Below, in pieces: positions 38,266 through 48,658 of a DNA stretch of 64,000 nucleotides. Made by a program: the position numbers and the translations under genes. The stretch comes from an archaeon (GTDB lineage: Archaea; Methanobacteriota_B; Thermococci; Methanofastidiosales; NM3), in the NCBI GenBank assembly GCA_004212155.1, contig RXIG01000001.1, positions 143,679-207,678 of the forward strand, read 5' to 3'. The notes below the pieces were generated by a model. It searched no databases, had not been told where the DNA came from, and was given only the letters and a program-made list of their open reading frames with translations. Position 1 is the first letter of the stretch. Each line of letters begins with the position of its first letter.

Positions 38266-39787
38266 TCTCCCCCGATTCCAGTTGCTCCAGGAGCGACTTG
38301 AGCTCATCGAGCAGGGCTTCGACCTCGTCTATCTTCTGGCGTATCTGTTCTATGGCCTCGTCACCTGGTGGCGTTGGTGGGGGAGGTTCCCCTCCCTTGA
38401 AGAATTCCCTGACCTGCCGGTCGGTATCAAAGGCGATGACTTCGCTCGTCTTGGCGTTGACGACGCACTGCTTTGTCACTCCGGCAGAATCGGCGTGAAC
38501 GACCGAGACGAGCCAGTAGAGCGTCCCTTCCTTGATGATGGGCCTCGGTTCCGATATGAAAAACGAGTCCCAGTCAAAGTTGGGAAATGTCTTTTTCACA
38601 TAGTCGACCGAGTAACGGGGGCCGGTGAGGCTGTCGCCCGAGATGCTATATGTGTAGATGTCCCCTGTCATGGCGTCCTGGAAGAAGATCTTGTAGAGTC
38701 CGTAGCTCTTCCCCCTGGGCTCCACAGCGGTCATCCACACGAGACCCTCGTCCGTGTCGAGCATGAACGGCTGCTGATTGCCTCCGCTGTAGACGTCCTG
38801 TATCTCGAGCATCTCCTCGTGGTAGACCCACATGTTGAGCAGGCCGTTTTTCGTGTTGACGACCTCTACTTGCTTACGGGCGAGCGATTCGGGATATACT
38901 CTGTTACCCCACGGTTGCTCTGCAGCCTCTTCGGGAGAATAGTGTGTGACGTTTCCATCAAAGTCGATCGTGTAGACGCCACCGAAGTAGGGATAACGTC
39001 CGATGAGCTTGAACTTGTACTTGATGACCGACACGATGACGAGGTCGTCCTGATAATAGACATCGGCGATGTCGCAGAACATGTCTTCCTTGTATATCCT
39101 CCATGAGATGTTGTCGGTGATGCCTATGTCCTCGCCAACATCCATTTCCTCCATCGTGGCGGTGGTCTCCTTGGCGCTCGTGTCGGCGGCCACGGAGATG
39201 ACGCCTTGGGGTTTCTTCGTGTAGTAGAGGAGCGCTCCCTCGGGGACGATTGGGAACTTCCAGTAGAGGCGCCCCTGTTCCTTGACGAGATCGCCGTCGC
39301 CAAGCGTGTACTGTGGATCGGCGAACACATCAAGCGAGTAGCGCTGCGCTATGGAGAGCGGCAGGAATCGAATGGTCTCAGTCTCCGGCATCGCATCGAT
39401 GTCGATGTAGTTGGTGTTCTCATACAATGAGCGGTCCATGTAGTATCCGCTATACATATACAGTGGTATAATGCAGACGACAGCTACGATGCCGATGATC
39501 ATGACAAGCGACAGGTAGGTCTGGTAACGCTTGAATCGGGTCGTGTCCTTGTATTGCCATTCCAGCGCGCGTGCCTTGATGATGGTATAGACGATAAAGA
39601 GCACGACTATGATGACGATGAGAAAGAGGGTGAGGGGAGATTTGTAGAATGCCATCACGAGCCCGTGAAACCACGGCCGCACATAGTAGGCGAGCATCGC
39701 CACTATGGCTATAATTGCAATGGGGATCCAATTCCCCGCAGAAACGTCTAATCGTTGCATGAGTGCCTTGAGGGGATTTTCTCGCAT
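38258..39787 (-). CDS. Hypothetical membrane protein: 3 N-terminal TM segments, large soluble domain, Pro linker and coiled-coil tail
   Basis: 509-aa ORF with host-like codon usage, coupled to the acetyltransferase gene. Confidence 0.75.
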   Translation of the reverse strand: MRENPLKALMQRLDVSAGNWIPIAIIAIVAMLAYYVRPWFHGLVMAFYKSPLTLFLIVIIVVLFIVYTIIKARALEWQYKDTTRFKRYQTYLSLVMIIGIVAVVCIIPLYMYSGYYMDRSLYENTNYIDIDAMPETETIRFLPLSIAQRYSLDVFADPQYTLGDGDLVKEQGRLYWKFPIVPEGALLYYTKKPQGVISVAADTSAKETTATMEEMDVGEDIGITDNISWRIYKEDMFCDIADVYYQDDLVIVSVIKYKFKLIGRYPYFGGVYTIDFDGNVTHYSPEEAAEQPWGNRVYPESLARKQVEVVNTKNGLLNMWVYHEEMLEIQDVYSGGNQQPFMLDTDEGLVWMTAVEPRGKSYGLYKIFFQDAMTGDIYTYSISGDSLTGPRYSVDYVKKTFPNFDWDSFFISEPRPIIKEGTLYWLVSVVHADSAGVTKQCVVNAKTSEVIAFDTDRQVREFFKGGEPPPPTPPGDEAIEQIRQKIDEVEALLDELKSLLEQLESGENG

Positions 39788-39880
39788 CGCTACCGATTTT
39801 CATCACATCTTTAAAAAATGCTCGTCAGTCCTCCTTAAAAACAATTAAATATGGGGCACATCATTGAAGGAGATGATATC

Positions 39881-40840
39881 ATGCTGGTCGAGCTTGTCCT
39901 CATAGCCATCGGTTTCATCCTCCTCGTCAAGGGTGCAGACTATCTCATCAAGGGGGCATCGTTTGTCGCCCGTTCCTTTGGCGTGTCATACTTCGTCATA
40001 GGGCTCACCATCGTGGCGTTTGGCACGTCGATGCCCGAGTTCGTCGTCAACGTCATATCCGCGATCGCGGGAACGACCGACATCGCCGTGGGAAACATCC
40101 TTGGCAGCAACATGGCAAACCTTCTCCTCATCGTCGGCCTCACATCGCTTGTACTGCCCATGGAGATCAATTACTTTGCAAAGAAGCGCGACATCCCCTT
40201 TGCGCTCCTTTCTGCCGTGCTCCTCTTTGTCCTGGCAGGCACATCGTACTTCTTCGACAGGTGCGACCTCTGCATCGGGCGCATCGAGGGCATCGTGTTG
40301 TTGTCGGCGTTTGTCATATTCCTCGTCGGCGTGCTGGCGCGGAGCAGGGAGGGGGTCATCGATGAGGTAGAGGTGGATGAATACATCACTAACAAGAAGG
40401 CAGCGCTCTACCTCGCTGCAGGACTCGTCGGTCTTTACTATGGGGGAGTGTTCATAGTGGAAAACGCGGTATCTCTTGCCACACAGTACGGCCTTTCGGA
40501 AATACTCATCAGCTCGACCATCGTGGCGTTTGGCACATCGCTTCCTGAGCTTGCCACATCGCTTGTGGCGGCGTATAAGCGCAACACCGACATCGCCATA
40601 GGCAACGTGGTCGGGTCGAACATCTTCAACATCCTCTGGGTGCTCGGATTCACGAGCGTTATCACGCCCATACACCTTGACACGTCGCTTTTCGTGGACA
40701 TGGGCCTTGTCATCATCGCGACGTCGGTGCTTTTAGTCATGTCACACGTTGGGCGCGTGGAGTCGATCGACAGGCCCCAGGGGCTCATTCTCATCGTGTT
40801 CTACCTGCTCTACGTGGCGATGCTGATAGCGCGTGGATGA
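39881..40840 (+). CDS. Ca2+/Na+ antiporter (YrbG/NCX family)
   Basis: Two alpha repeats, AFGTSMPE...GNILGSN and AFGTSLPE...GNVVGSN. Confidence 0.93.
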   Translation: MLVELVLIAIGFILLVKGADYLIKGASFVARSFGVSYFVIGLTIVAFGTSMPEFVVNVISAIAGTTDIAVGNILGSNMANLLLIVGLTSLVLPMEINYFAKKRDIPFALLSAVLLFVLAGTSYFFDRCDLCIGRIEGIVLLSAFVIFLVGVLARSREGVIDEVEVDEYITNKKAALYLAAGLVGLYYGGVFIVENAVSLATQYGLSEILISSTIVAFGTSLPELATSLVAAYKRNTDIAIGNVVGSNIFNILWVLGFTSVITPIHLDTSLFVDMGLVIIATSVLLVMSHVGRVESIDRPQGLILIVFYLLYVAMLIARG

Positions 40841-40865
40841 AAAGAAAAGTGGATCCCTTAGGGGA

Positions 40866-42632
40866 TCACTTGTAGTAGCGCTTGTAGAACTTCTCTATCG
40901 TCTTCTTGTCAGGCAGGGAGATGTTGTTCCAGTACTCGATAATCGGCCTGAGGTCGTCTTCGCCCTCCTGGCCGGCAAAGAGCGACCTGAGGAACGTTGT
41001 GCGCTCCTCTATGTCCTGTTTAGCGAAGTCGATGAGCTCGGATGCCGTATAGTGGTTGAGCAGATTGAATCTGGTCGTATAGCCCTCGAGTCCGTGCTTT
41101 TCCTCGATCTCCTCGGGGTGCGGCACGAGATAGCCGAAAAGCGGCGTCCTGACCCACTCCTCGATGGCATTGTTGTCTACGAGGTCAAGCAGCAGCTTCG
41201 TGTCGCCAACGCGTATCTTCTCCCCCATCGGATTGCCGTTTTCATCGTAGCGCGTGTTGCCGGCAAGGTCGTTGCGCCCCATGTAGCCCGAGTTCATGAT
41301 GAAGAAGACGAGATTGCCGCCGAGTGAGAGGTCGAGGTCCTCGTAGACCTTCCATTTGAGCAGCGCCTGCTGTGACTGCTCGCGCGCCATGAAGTCGGTG
41401 GCCGCATACGAGCGGACCTTCGACCCGGCCTTCTTGCCGGAGACAGCGGATGTGATGATCGATTCGCAGGCGCTGTCGAGCGCCACTGCCATGCGGGGAT
41501 CGATGACCCTGAAGAGCGGCTCCATCGTGTTGAATCGCTTGAAGACGAGCGCCTCTCGCTTGAGCGTCTTCTTCTTCGTGTTCCACTCAGGGTTGAGCGC
41601 GGAGAAGTCGAAGATGAACCTGCCGTTTCGCGTGCCGGACCGTTCATACTCGTTGGTGAGTAGCGAGCCGGCCTTCTTGCCCTCCTCGACGCGAGGCACC
41701 TTTATCGTATAGGGGCCCTCCTCGATCTCGGTATAGTATACGTTCTCGCAGTCGATGTTCATGGCGATGACGTAGCTCTCATGCGCACGCATGAGGCCCG
41801 CCCACTCGGGGCTGTCGGGACCAAGGCCCTCAGACTTGGCAAAGCTTGCCGCCTCGAGGCCGATGATGTCGATCATTTGTGCATTGTCGTCGTCGTAGGT
41901 GATCTTGCCAAGGAGCGCGTCGTCCTGCTCAAGCTCGGGCCCGACGGAAAGCGTTGTCTTCCCCGTGCCGCTAAGCCCCTTGATGATGCGGTGCTGGGTG
42001 CAGCCGCCGTGGTATGAAATGAGGCCGTCTGACTCGCCCCTGTTCCATACGAGCGTGAGGTTTGGTTTCTTGTAGGCACCCCCGAAGTAGTCCACCTTCA
42101 GTGAGAGGACCTTTCGTATGTCCTTGTCAATCCCTGTGAGGTCGTAGAGAGTGAGCGGCACGCTGGGGTCGTACTCAGGCCATACCTCTCTGATGCGCTC
42201 CACGTACTCCGAAGGAAGTTCCTCGGGTATGATGTAGTTGAAGCATGACAGCTTGGTCTTACCGTCATGGGGGTAGACCATGTGCTTGCCGATCCACGGG
42301 ATGTAGGCGGACTGGGTGCAGTCGATGCTTGTCGTGATCTGTATGCCGGTCTTGTAGGGGTCCTCTCCCTGGATCGCGTCCTGCACGATCACGTCGGTCT
42401 TCTCGAGGTATTCCATGGCGACCCTGTAGACGACCTGGCCCACGTCTTTGGGGAACGAGTTCTGGCCATAGCCCAGCTTGTACCCCTCGGGCACCATGTA
42501 AAACGCCCGGTCGGGACGCCGGCCCGGTTGCGAGGAGGCAAAGAGGTATTGGCCGTCCTTTGTCTTGACATAGTATGGTGACAACGTATCTACGAAGTAT
42601 GCATCATCTGGATTTCGTATTACTTCTCTCAT
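40866..42632 (-). CDS. Divergent phosphoenolpyruvate carboxykinase, ATP type
   Basis: YFGGAYKK, YHGGC, GLSGTGKTTLS, QDD and TRNGR motifs. Confidence 0.72.
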   Translation of the reverse strand: MREVIRNPDDAYFVDTLSPYYVKTKDGQYLFASSQPGRRPDRAFYMVPEGYKLGYGQNSFPKDVGQVVYRVAMEYLEKTDVIVQDAIQGEDPYKTGIQITTSIDCTQSAYIPWIGKHMVYPHDGKTKLSCFNYIIPEELPSEYVERIREVWPEYDPSVPLTLYDLTGIDKDIRKVLSLKVDYFGGAYKKPNLTLVWNRGESDGLISYHGGCTQHRIIKGLSGTGKTTLSVGPELEQDDALLGKITYDDDNAQMIDIIGLEAASFAKSEGLGPDSPEWAGLMRAHESYVIAMNIDCENVYYTEIEEGPYTIKVPRVEEGKKAGSLLTNEYERSGTRNGRFIFDFSALNPEWNTKKKTLKREALVFKRFNTMEPLFRVIDPRMAVALDSACESIITSAVSGKKAGSKVRSYAATDFMAREQSQQALLKWKVYEDLDLSLGGNLVFFIMNSGYMGRNDLAGNTRYDENGNPMGEKIRVGDTKLLLDLVDNNAIEEWVRTPLFGYLVPHPEEIEEKHGLEGYTTRFNLLNHYTASELIDFAKQDIEERTTFLRSLFAGQEGEDDLRPIIEYWNNISLPDKKTIEKFYKRYYK

Positions 42633-42748
42633 AGTATCTCTCCATAATCTGTTGTGATCTGAGTATGTGGTGTGTTGCACAGGGCCTATATAAAGTTTAT
42701 AGTAAAATTGGTAACTTTTATATAGTGTTTTGTCTTAATTCGTGGGAA

Positions 42749-43540
42749 ATGGTGACTATTCGAAAATTTGATGAAGTATATTCATACATCACGACTAAAC
42801 GATTCCTTGGACGCACGCTCTTTTCCTCGAACGTGTATGCGACAGGCGACGTGGTGATCGACAGTGGCATGAACAGGGACATCTCCTATTTTCCCGAGCT
42901 TGCCGCACCGTCGTCGCTCGTCCTTACCCATGCACACATCGACCATGCGGGTAATGCCCGAGCGTTCGCCAAAACGTTTGGAGCGCCGGTGTATGCTGAC
43001 CAACGCGCCATTGCGACACTCTCGTCGCACCAGCGTCCCTCACTGCTCATACGGTGCAAGGTGGGAAGTGCCCCCCCGGTAGATGCACGCCCGCTTCCGG
43101 GGCCCATCGAGACGACCGAAGGCTTGCTCGAACCGCTTCACACGCCAGGCCATTGTGCAGACCATACGTGTTACTACCTGCCATCACGCCGCCATCTCTT
43201 CTCTGGTGACCTCGTGCTTCACGCCACGACGACATGGGTGAGCTCCGAGGTGCGCATCTGGGAGGCGATCGAGTCCTTGAAACGCATATCGAAGCTGCGC
43301 ATCGACACGCTCTTTCCGGGCCATGGCGAGCCGTTTACCGACCCACATGAGACGATCGTGTACAAGCATGCCCGGCTCGAGGCGCTTGGCCGCCACGTCC
43401 TCGACCTGTCAGAAGACGGCATGCGACCGGAGGAAATACGCGACGACGTCCTCGGGAGGGAAGGGCCCATCGCTTACCTCTCGCGCGGACGATTCTCGAA
43501 GTTAAATCTGATCAAGAGCTTCCTTGACGGCTCGCCTTGA
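42749..43540 (+). CDS. MBL-fold metallo-hydrolase
   Basis: THAHIDHAG, HTPGHCADH, FSGD and FPGHG motifs. Confidence 0.88.
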   Translation: MVTIRKFDEVYSYITTKRFLGRTLFSSNVYATGDVVIDSGMNRDISYFPELAAPSSLVLTHAHIDHAGNARAFAKTFGAPVYADQRAIATLSSHQRPSLLIRCKVGSAPPVDARPLPGPIETTEGLLEPLHTPGHCADHTCYYLPSRRHLFSGDLVLHATTTWVSSEVRIWEAIESLKRISKLRIDTLFPGHGEPFTDPHETIVYKHARLEALGRHVLDLSEDGMRPEEIRDDVLGREGPIAYLSRGRFSKLNLIKSFLDGSP

Positions 43541-45134
43541 TCTCCCGCTCGATGATTCGGCACGCCCTTTGTACGCCAATCGTCTTGATGAGCGTGCCCG
43601 CACGCGGGCCCCTCTGGACGCCGAGGAGCACATAATAGAGAAGCTTGAAGAACTTGGCCGGCTTGAGGTCGTGTTGTTGCGCCGTTGTGAACACAGCGTT
43701 TTGGATATCTTCTGCGTCCATGTCATCCCCAAGCACGTCGATGAGTTGCAGCAGGGCTTCCCTCTCGGCCTCGGTGAGTTCGAGCGGTTCGTGCGCCATG
43801 GGTCCTCCGGCGTCCTTGGTCCACTCGGTGGCATACCGTATCATGCCCATGAGATCCTCACGCTGCTCCTCGGTGAGCGAGGACGGCGCCTTCTTCGAGT
43901 TCTGGAGGATGTTGATGATGATCTCATCCCTGTTGGGCGTATCCGCGGGTATGACCGATGCGATGTTGGCGATGACGTTGTAGGGGACGCTCAGTGACGG
44001 TGTTTCAGGGACGTCAAGTAGCTTCACGTATTCGTAGAGGCGCCTGAGGTGCGTGCGTTCCTTTTCGTTGTTCACCTTGACCTTGCCGAAGTAGACATCC
44101 TCGAGATAGTTCACCTCGTCCATGAGCTTTGGTATCTCCTCGAGATCGACCACGCGCGCATAAGCGAGACGCTTGAGCATGAGCAGGATGAGCGACTCAG
44201 GGGCGCCGTAGCGCAGCCATCGCTGGGGAGTGAAGACATTACCCTTGGACTTCGAGATCTTTCCGCCGCCGCGTTCGACGAAGAGTTCGTAGAACGCATG
44301 CACGGGCGGTGTGTAGGAGAGCAGCTGCTCGCATATCGCGTCGTTTACCTTCACCGATTCGAGGATGTCCTTCCCAAACGCCTCGAACGCGATGCCAAAC
44401 GCGCGCCATCGCGCGGCGAACTCGACCTTCCATGCCAGCTTGCCGTTCCTGATATGCGTCGTGCCCGTGGCGCCACACCCCCTTACCACGATGTCCTCAC
44501 CCGTCGTCGAGTCCTTTCCAACGAACTCTCCGTCACAGACGTACGAGACGGTCTCCGCTTCAGGGTCGAAATCAGTAACACGCGTCGTGTAGATCTTCCC
44601 GCACTCCTCGCAAATGGCGAAATAGGGATACTGTGTCAGGTATTTCTCCTGCCCCGTGACATTGCGGATGATAGTCCCCGCTTCCTTGTGCCGTTCAAGG
44701 AGCAAGGCTATCTCTTTGTCGAGGATACCAGCCTTGTAGGCCTCGTCGCTCGACTGGAAACGGTATTCGATGCCCATCTTGTCAAATGCATCGGTGAGCA
44801 GTGATGAGATGTGGTGGCCAAAGGAGTCATGGCATCCAAAGGGGTCGGGGATATGTGAGACGGGATTGCCTACATACTCCTTGAGCTCGGACGGGAATCC
44901 GTAGGGGATCTTACGCAACCCGTCACGGTCGTCCGAGTATGCCTGGAAGAGCGCATCCTTTCCCTTCTCCTTGAGTGCAAGCGATACGACATACGAGCGT
45001 ATGCCGTCACCCAGGCTTCCCACGTGCGGGATGCCCGATGCGCCAAGACCGCACTCGGTCACGTAGATATCCCTGGAGGGGTCCTGGTCTATGATCTGCT
45101 GTGCCGATTTGTCTGCCCAAAACAATTCACTCAC
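43512..45134 (-). CDS. lysS: Lysine--tRNA ligase, class I
   Basis: FWAD, SGIPHVGS, KLAWKVEFAARW, KISKSKGN and RGPR motifs. Confidence 0.95.
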   Translation of the reverse strand: MSELFWADKSAQQIIDQDPSRDIYVTECGLGASGIPHVGSLGDGIRSYVVSLALKEKGKDALFQAYSDDRDGLRKIPYGFPSELKEYVGNPVSHIPDPFGCHDSFGHHISSLLTDAFDKMGIEYRFQSSDEAYKAGILDKEIALLLERHKEAGTIIRNVTGQEKYLTQYPYFAICEECGKIYTTRVTDFDPEAETVSYVCDGEFVGKDSTTGEDIVVRGCGATGTTHIRNGKLAWKVEFAARWRAFGIAFEAFGKDILESVKVNDAICEQLLSYTPPVHAFYELFVERGGGKISKSKGNVFTPQRWLRYGAPESLILLMLKRLAYARVVDLEEIPKLMDEVNYLEDVYFGKVKVNNEKERTHLRRLYEYVKLLDVPETPSLSVPYNVIANIASVIPADTPNRDEIIINILQNSKKAPSSLTEEQREDLMGMIRYATEWTKDAGGPMAHEPLELTEAEREALLQLIDVLGDDMDAEDIQNAVFTTAQQHDLKPAKFFKLLYYVLLGVQRGPRAGTLIKTIGVQRACRIIEREIKASRQGSS

Positions 45135-45208
45135 ATAATCACCTTATTCATCACTGCGAATATGAGGAAACAACGTTAACGATTATAAAAGGCTTTTGTT
45201 TTTCTTTT

Positions 45209-45994
45209 TCATACGTCTTCATTGAACTGATGGCGTTCGTTGAAAAAGACCCTGCTCTCGAGGTAGAGTATCATATAGGCCACGAGGGCGTTGCTGCTCA
45301 CGATGGCCATCATGATGGCGATCTGGTACCGGATGGCCGTCATGGGTGCAGTGCCTGAAAGGATCTGTCCCGTCATCATGCCCGGAAGCGTCACGATGCC
45401 CATCGCCGTCATCGTGATCAATTGTGGGAGGAAGGCGGCACGAAATGCCTCGCTGAAGTAGCGTTCAGTCGCCTCAGAGGCCGTGGCGCCAAGCGAGAGC
45501 ATCGTGAGGATACGCATGCGCTCTTTTTGCAGAGATGAGTAGAACCGCTCGAACGCCAGCGCACAACCGTTCATGCCGTTGCCTATGATCATGCCCGCAA
45601 TGGGGATCATGTAGCGCGGATCGTACCAGGGGTCCTGCCCTACGATGACAACTACGAAAAGCGCCAGGACGCTTCCAGCACCGATGGCGATCGATGCAAC
45701 GATGTTCCTCTGGAGATGTGCGCTCCTTACGTTGAGGCGAGAGAAGACGATGCGTGATGCCATGCCGAACAGGAAGACGAGTATGCCAACTACGATATAC
45801 CATGCATCGATTTCAAAGACGACCTCAAGCACGATTCCCGCTCCAACGAGCTGTAGGGACATGCGTACCACCGATATGGCTATCTGTCTGTTGATGGACA
45901 GGTGCTTGATGCGTGCAAGCAGTATCACGCTCCCCATGAGGCCGTAGGCTATGATGAGGCCCAGGATTGATATGTCAACGATCTCCTCCGCTAT
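45209..45994 (-). CDS. ABC transporter permease, UPF0014/FetB family (start uncertain, possibly ATA)
   Basis: RMSLQL, IPIAGMIIGN, GIVTLPGMMTGQILSG and AIRYQI motifs. Confidence 0.85.
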   Translation of the reverse strand: MAEEIVDISILGLIIAYGLMGSVILLARIKHLSINRQIAISVVRMSLQLVGAGIVLEVVFEIDAWYIVVGILVFLFGMASRIVFSRLNVRSAHLQRNIVASIAIGAGSVLALFVVVIVGQDPWYDPRYMIPIAGMIIGNGMNGCALAFERFYSSLQKERMRILTMLSLGATASEATERYFSEAFRAAFLPQLITMTAMGIVTLPGMMTGQILSGTAPMTAIRYQIAIMMAIVSSNALVAYMILYLESRVFFNERHQFNEDV

Positions 45995-46719
45995 GGCGAT
46001 CCCCCCAGGAAATCTTCGATATCGACCTCTCCGTTCGAGTCGGCGCTCGAGACGAGTCGCCCTCCCATCATCGCATATATTGTCGATGCACGCTGGACCA
46101 TCTGGCGTGAATGTGTCACGCATACGACTGTTCGCTCTTTTGCCTCATTGACTATAAGGTCGACGATGTGGTCTTCCGTTCGCCTGTCGAGGGCTGATGT
46201 CGGTTCGTCGAGAAGGAGCACATCAGGTTGGAGTAGGAGGGTCCGTGCCAGGCACAGGCGTTGTTTCTCGCCTCCCGATAGCGTTGAGACGTCCTTGCCC
46301 ATCACCCAGGCGGGCAGCTTGCAGAGTGCAAGTGCCTTTTGCATGTCGTCATCTGAGGGCGTTTTCGGTTCATTGGCCGAGAACTCGAAAGGAAGGAGCA
46401 TGTTCGTGCGTCCGTCCCCCTGTATGAGCAACGGTTCCTGGAAGAGCAGCGCCACGCTCGACCGGTAGGTAGGCATGTCAAGCTCGAGGATGTCGGTCCC
46501 CTTGTAGGCAACCGTGCCACTCGTTGGCGAAAGAAGGCCGTTTATCAGCATGAGAAGTGTCGTCTTGCCCGATCCCGACGGACCGACGATGGCCGTGAGC
46601 GTGTGCTTGTGTATCGACATGGAGATGTCCTCTACAATGGCCTTTCCATTCGCCTGGTAGCTCACGGCATCCGTCGTGATCAATGGGGGCTGTGACGTCA
46701 CGATGTTACTCTTGCACAT
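45991..46719 (-). CDS. ABC transporter ATP-binding protein (FetA-like)
   Basis: GPSGSGKT, LSGGEKQR and LLLDEPTSALD motifs. Confidence 0.92.
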   Translation of the reverse strand: MCKSNIVTSQPPLITTDAVSYQANGKAIVEDISMSIHKHTLTAIVGPSGSGKTTLLMLINGLLSPTSGTVAYKGTDILELDMPTYRSSVALLFQEPLLIQGDGRTNMLLPFEFSANEPKTPSDDDMQKALALCKLPAWVMGKDVSTLSGGEKQRLCLARTLLLQPDVLLLDEPTSALDRRTEDHIVDLIVNEAKERTVVCVTHSRQMVQRASTIYAMMGGRLVSSADSNGEVDIEDFLGGSP

Positions 46720-46785
46720 CAATTAAAATAGTTGGTCCTGGCGCGATGGGTATGTTTTTTAAACGGAGTGGACACATCACACTAT

Positions 46786-48570
46786 ATGATACTCGTACCT
46801 GATACCTCGGTCATAGTCGATGGAAGATTCTATTCTTACGTCACGTCAAATGAGGTGCAAGAGATCGTTGTCCCCGAGGCGGTGGTCGCAGAGATAGAGC
46901 ATCAGGCAAATCTTGGGAAGTCGTCCGGGGAATCGGGCCTCAAGGAGCTCCTCTCGCTGCGCCGATATGCCGATACGAACAACATCATCCTCACGTTCCA
47001 TGGACGGAGACCATCGATGTCGGATATCCGCTATGCCAAAGAGGGTGAGATGGACGAACTGGTGCGGGTGGTGGCGGCAGACTTCAACGCGATACTGGTC
47101 ACCGGTGACAAGGTGCAGGCGCATGTGGCCCAGTCCAAGGGCATCGATACGGTCTATCTCGAACCATATTCGATCACTGATATGCGCATCGAGGACTTCT
47201 TCGATGCAGAGACGATGTCGGTGCATCTCAAGGCTGGCCTTCATGTCTACGTCAAGAAGGGTCGCCCGGGCGCTATCGTGTTCGAGAAGCAGGAACGGGT
47301 GCTTGACGAAAACGAGCTCGAGGAGATATCGATCGATATCATCGAGCGAGCGAAGAACACGCGCGATTGCTTCATCGAGATGGACGAACCGGGCGCGACC
47401 GTCGTTCAGCTCAAGGAATACCGCATCGCCATCACGAAGCCCCCCTTCTCCGACCGCTACGAGATCACCGCTGTGCATCCTGTGAAGAAGGTGTCCCTCG
47501 ACGAATATGCCCTGTCCTCCAAGCTCAAGGACCGGCTAGCGGTAGCAGAGGGCATCCTCGTCTCCGGGGCCCCGGGGGCTGGGAAGTCGACGTTCGTACA
47601 GGCAATAGCGGAGTATTACAACTCCCAGGGAAAGATCGTCAAGACGATGGAAAAACCCCGCGACCTCCAGGTGTCAGACGAGATCACGCAGTATACGGCC
47701 CTTTCTGGCGACATGGCAAAGACCGGCGACATCCTCCTTCTCGTGCGTCCCGACTTCACGATCTTTGACGAGATGAGAAAGACCAATGACTTCTTCACGT
47801 TCTCCGACCTCCGTCTTGCCGGTGTCGGCATGATAGGCGTCGTGCATGCAACGCGCACCATCGATGCCATCCAGCGATTCATTGGCCGCATCGAGCTTGG
47901 CATGATCCCCCAGATCGTCGATACGGTCATCCACATCGCAGGCGGCGAGGTCCAGGAGATATACCTCCTCGAGTTCAAGGTCAAGCCGCCATCGGGTATG
48001 GCAGAGGCCGACCTAGCGCGCCCGGTCATCGAGGTCTACAACTTCGAGACACAGCAGCTCCAGTTCGAGATCTACACGTTCGGTGAACAGGTCGTCGTGA
48101 TGGAGGTGGCAAAAAGACGCCCCTCGCACGTCGACCGCGGAGCAATACGGTCGCTTGAGAACGAGATCCGCCGACTCGTGCCCGATGCCGAGGTCCATAT
48201 CGAGATGGCCGGTAACCGTGCCAAGGTCTATGCAGATCCCATGGACGTGCCATACATCATCGGCAAGCGGGGCAAGATCGTCACGCGTCTTGAGAGCAAG
48301 CTCGGGATGAAGATCGACGTCATCGAGGACGAGAACGTCGCGCCCTCGGAGGTCGAGGTGAACGCGAAGGTGCAAAAGAAGTACGTCCATCTTACCGTGG
48401 ACAAGCGCTTTGCAGGCTCGGACCTTCGGTTCATGGCCGACGGCGAGGAGCTCTTCACGGCGACCGTTGGCAAGAAAGGGATCCTCAAGATAGAGAAGAA
48501 GAGCGAACTTGGCTTGCATATCGCAGATCAGCTCAAAAAGAAAAAATTTATATATGCTCTTCCTGTTTGA
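46786..48570 (+). CDS. PINA-type PIN domain/ATPase/KH protein
   Basis: VPDTSVIVDG PIN domain, GAPGAGKST, FDEMR and KH IIGKRG. Confidence 0.92.
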   Translation: MILVPDTSVIVDGRFYSYVTSNEVQEIVVPEAVVAEIEHQANLGKSSGESGLKELLSLRRYADTNNIILTFHGRRPSMSDIRYAKEGEMDELVRVVAADFNAILVTGDKVQAHVAQSKGIDTVYLEPYSITDMRIEDFFDAETMSVHLKAGLHVYVKKGRPGAIVFEKQERVLDENELEEISIDIIERAKNTRDCFIEMDEPGATVVQLKEYRIAITKPPFSDRYEITAVHPVKKVSLDEYALSSKLKDRLAVAEGILVSGAPGAGKSTFVQAIAEYYNSQGKIVKTMEKPRDLQVSDEITQYTALSGDMAKTGDILLLVRPDFTIFDEMRKTNDFFTFSDLRLAGVGMIGVVHATRTIDAIQRFIGRIELGMIPQIVDTVIHIAGGEVQEIYLLEFKVKPPSGMAEADLARPVIEVYNFETQQLQFEIYTFGEQVVVMEVAKRRPSHVDRGAIRSLENEIRRLVPDAEVHIEMAGNRAKVYADPMDVPYIIGKRGKIVTRLESKLGMKIDVIEDENVAPSEVEVNAKVQKKYVHLTVDKRFAGSDLRFMADGEELFTATVGKKGILKIEKKSELGLHIADQLKKKKFIYALPV

Positions 48571-48578
48571 GTGCTGAT

Positions 48579-48652
48579 GGGCCCGTAGCCTAGCTGGATA
48601 GGGCGACAGCCTCCTAAGCTGTAGATCGTGGGTTCGAATCCCACCGGGTCCG
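48579..48652 (+). tRNA. tRNA-Arg(CCT), no intron, CCA not encoded
   Basis: GGGCCCG...ACAGC CT CCT AA GCTGT...GTTCGAATC...CGGGTCCG cloverleaf. Confidence 0.96.
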
Positions 48653-48658
48653 CTCTTC

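Noticed and set aside
38039-39106. 355-aa plus-strand ORF, and similar long antisense ORFs at 21500-22444, 30129-30971 and 49914-50771
   Set aside because: Each lies opposite a better-supported gene and has no recognisable motif
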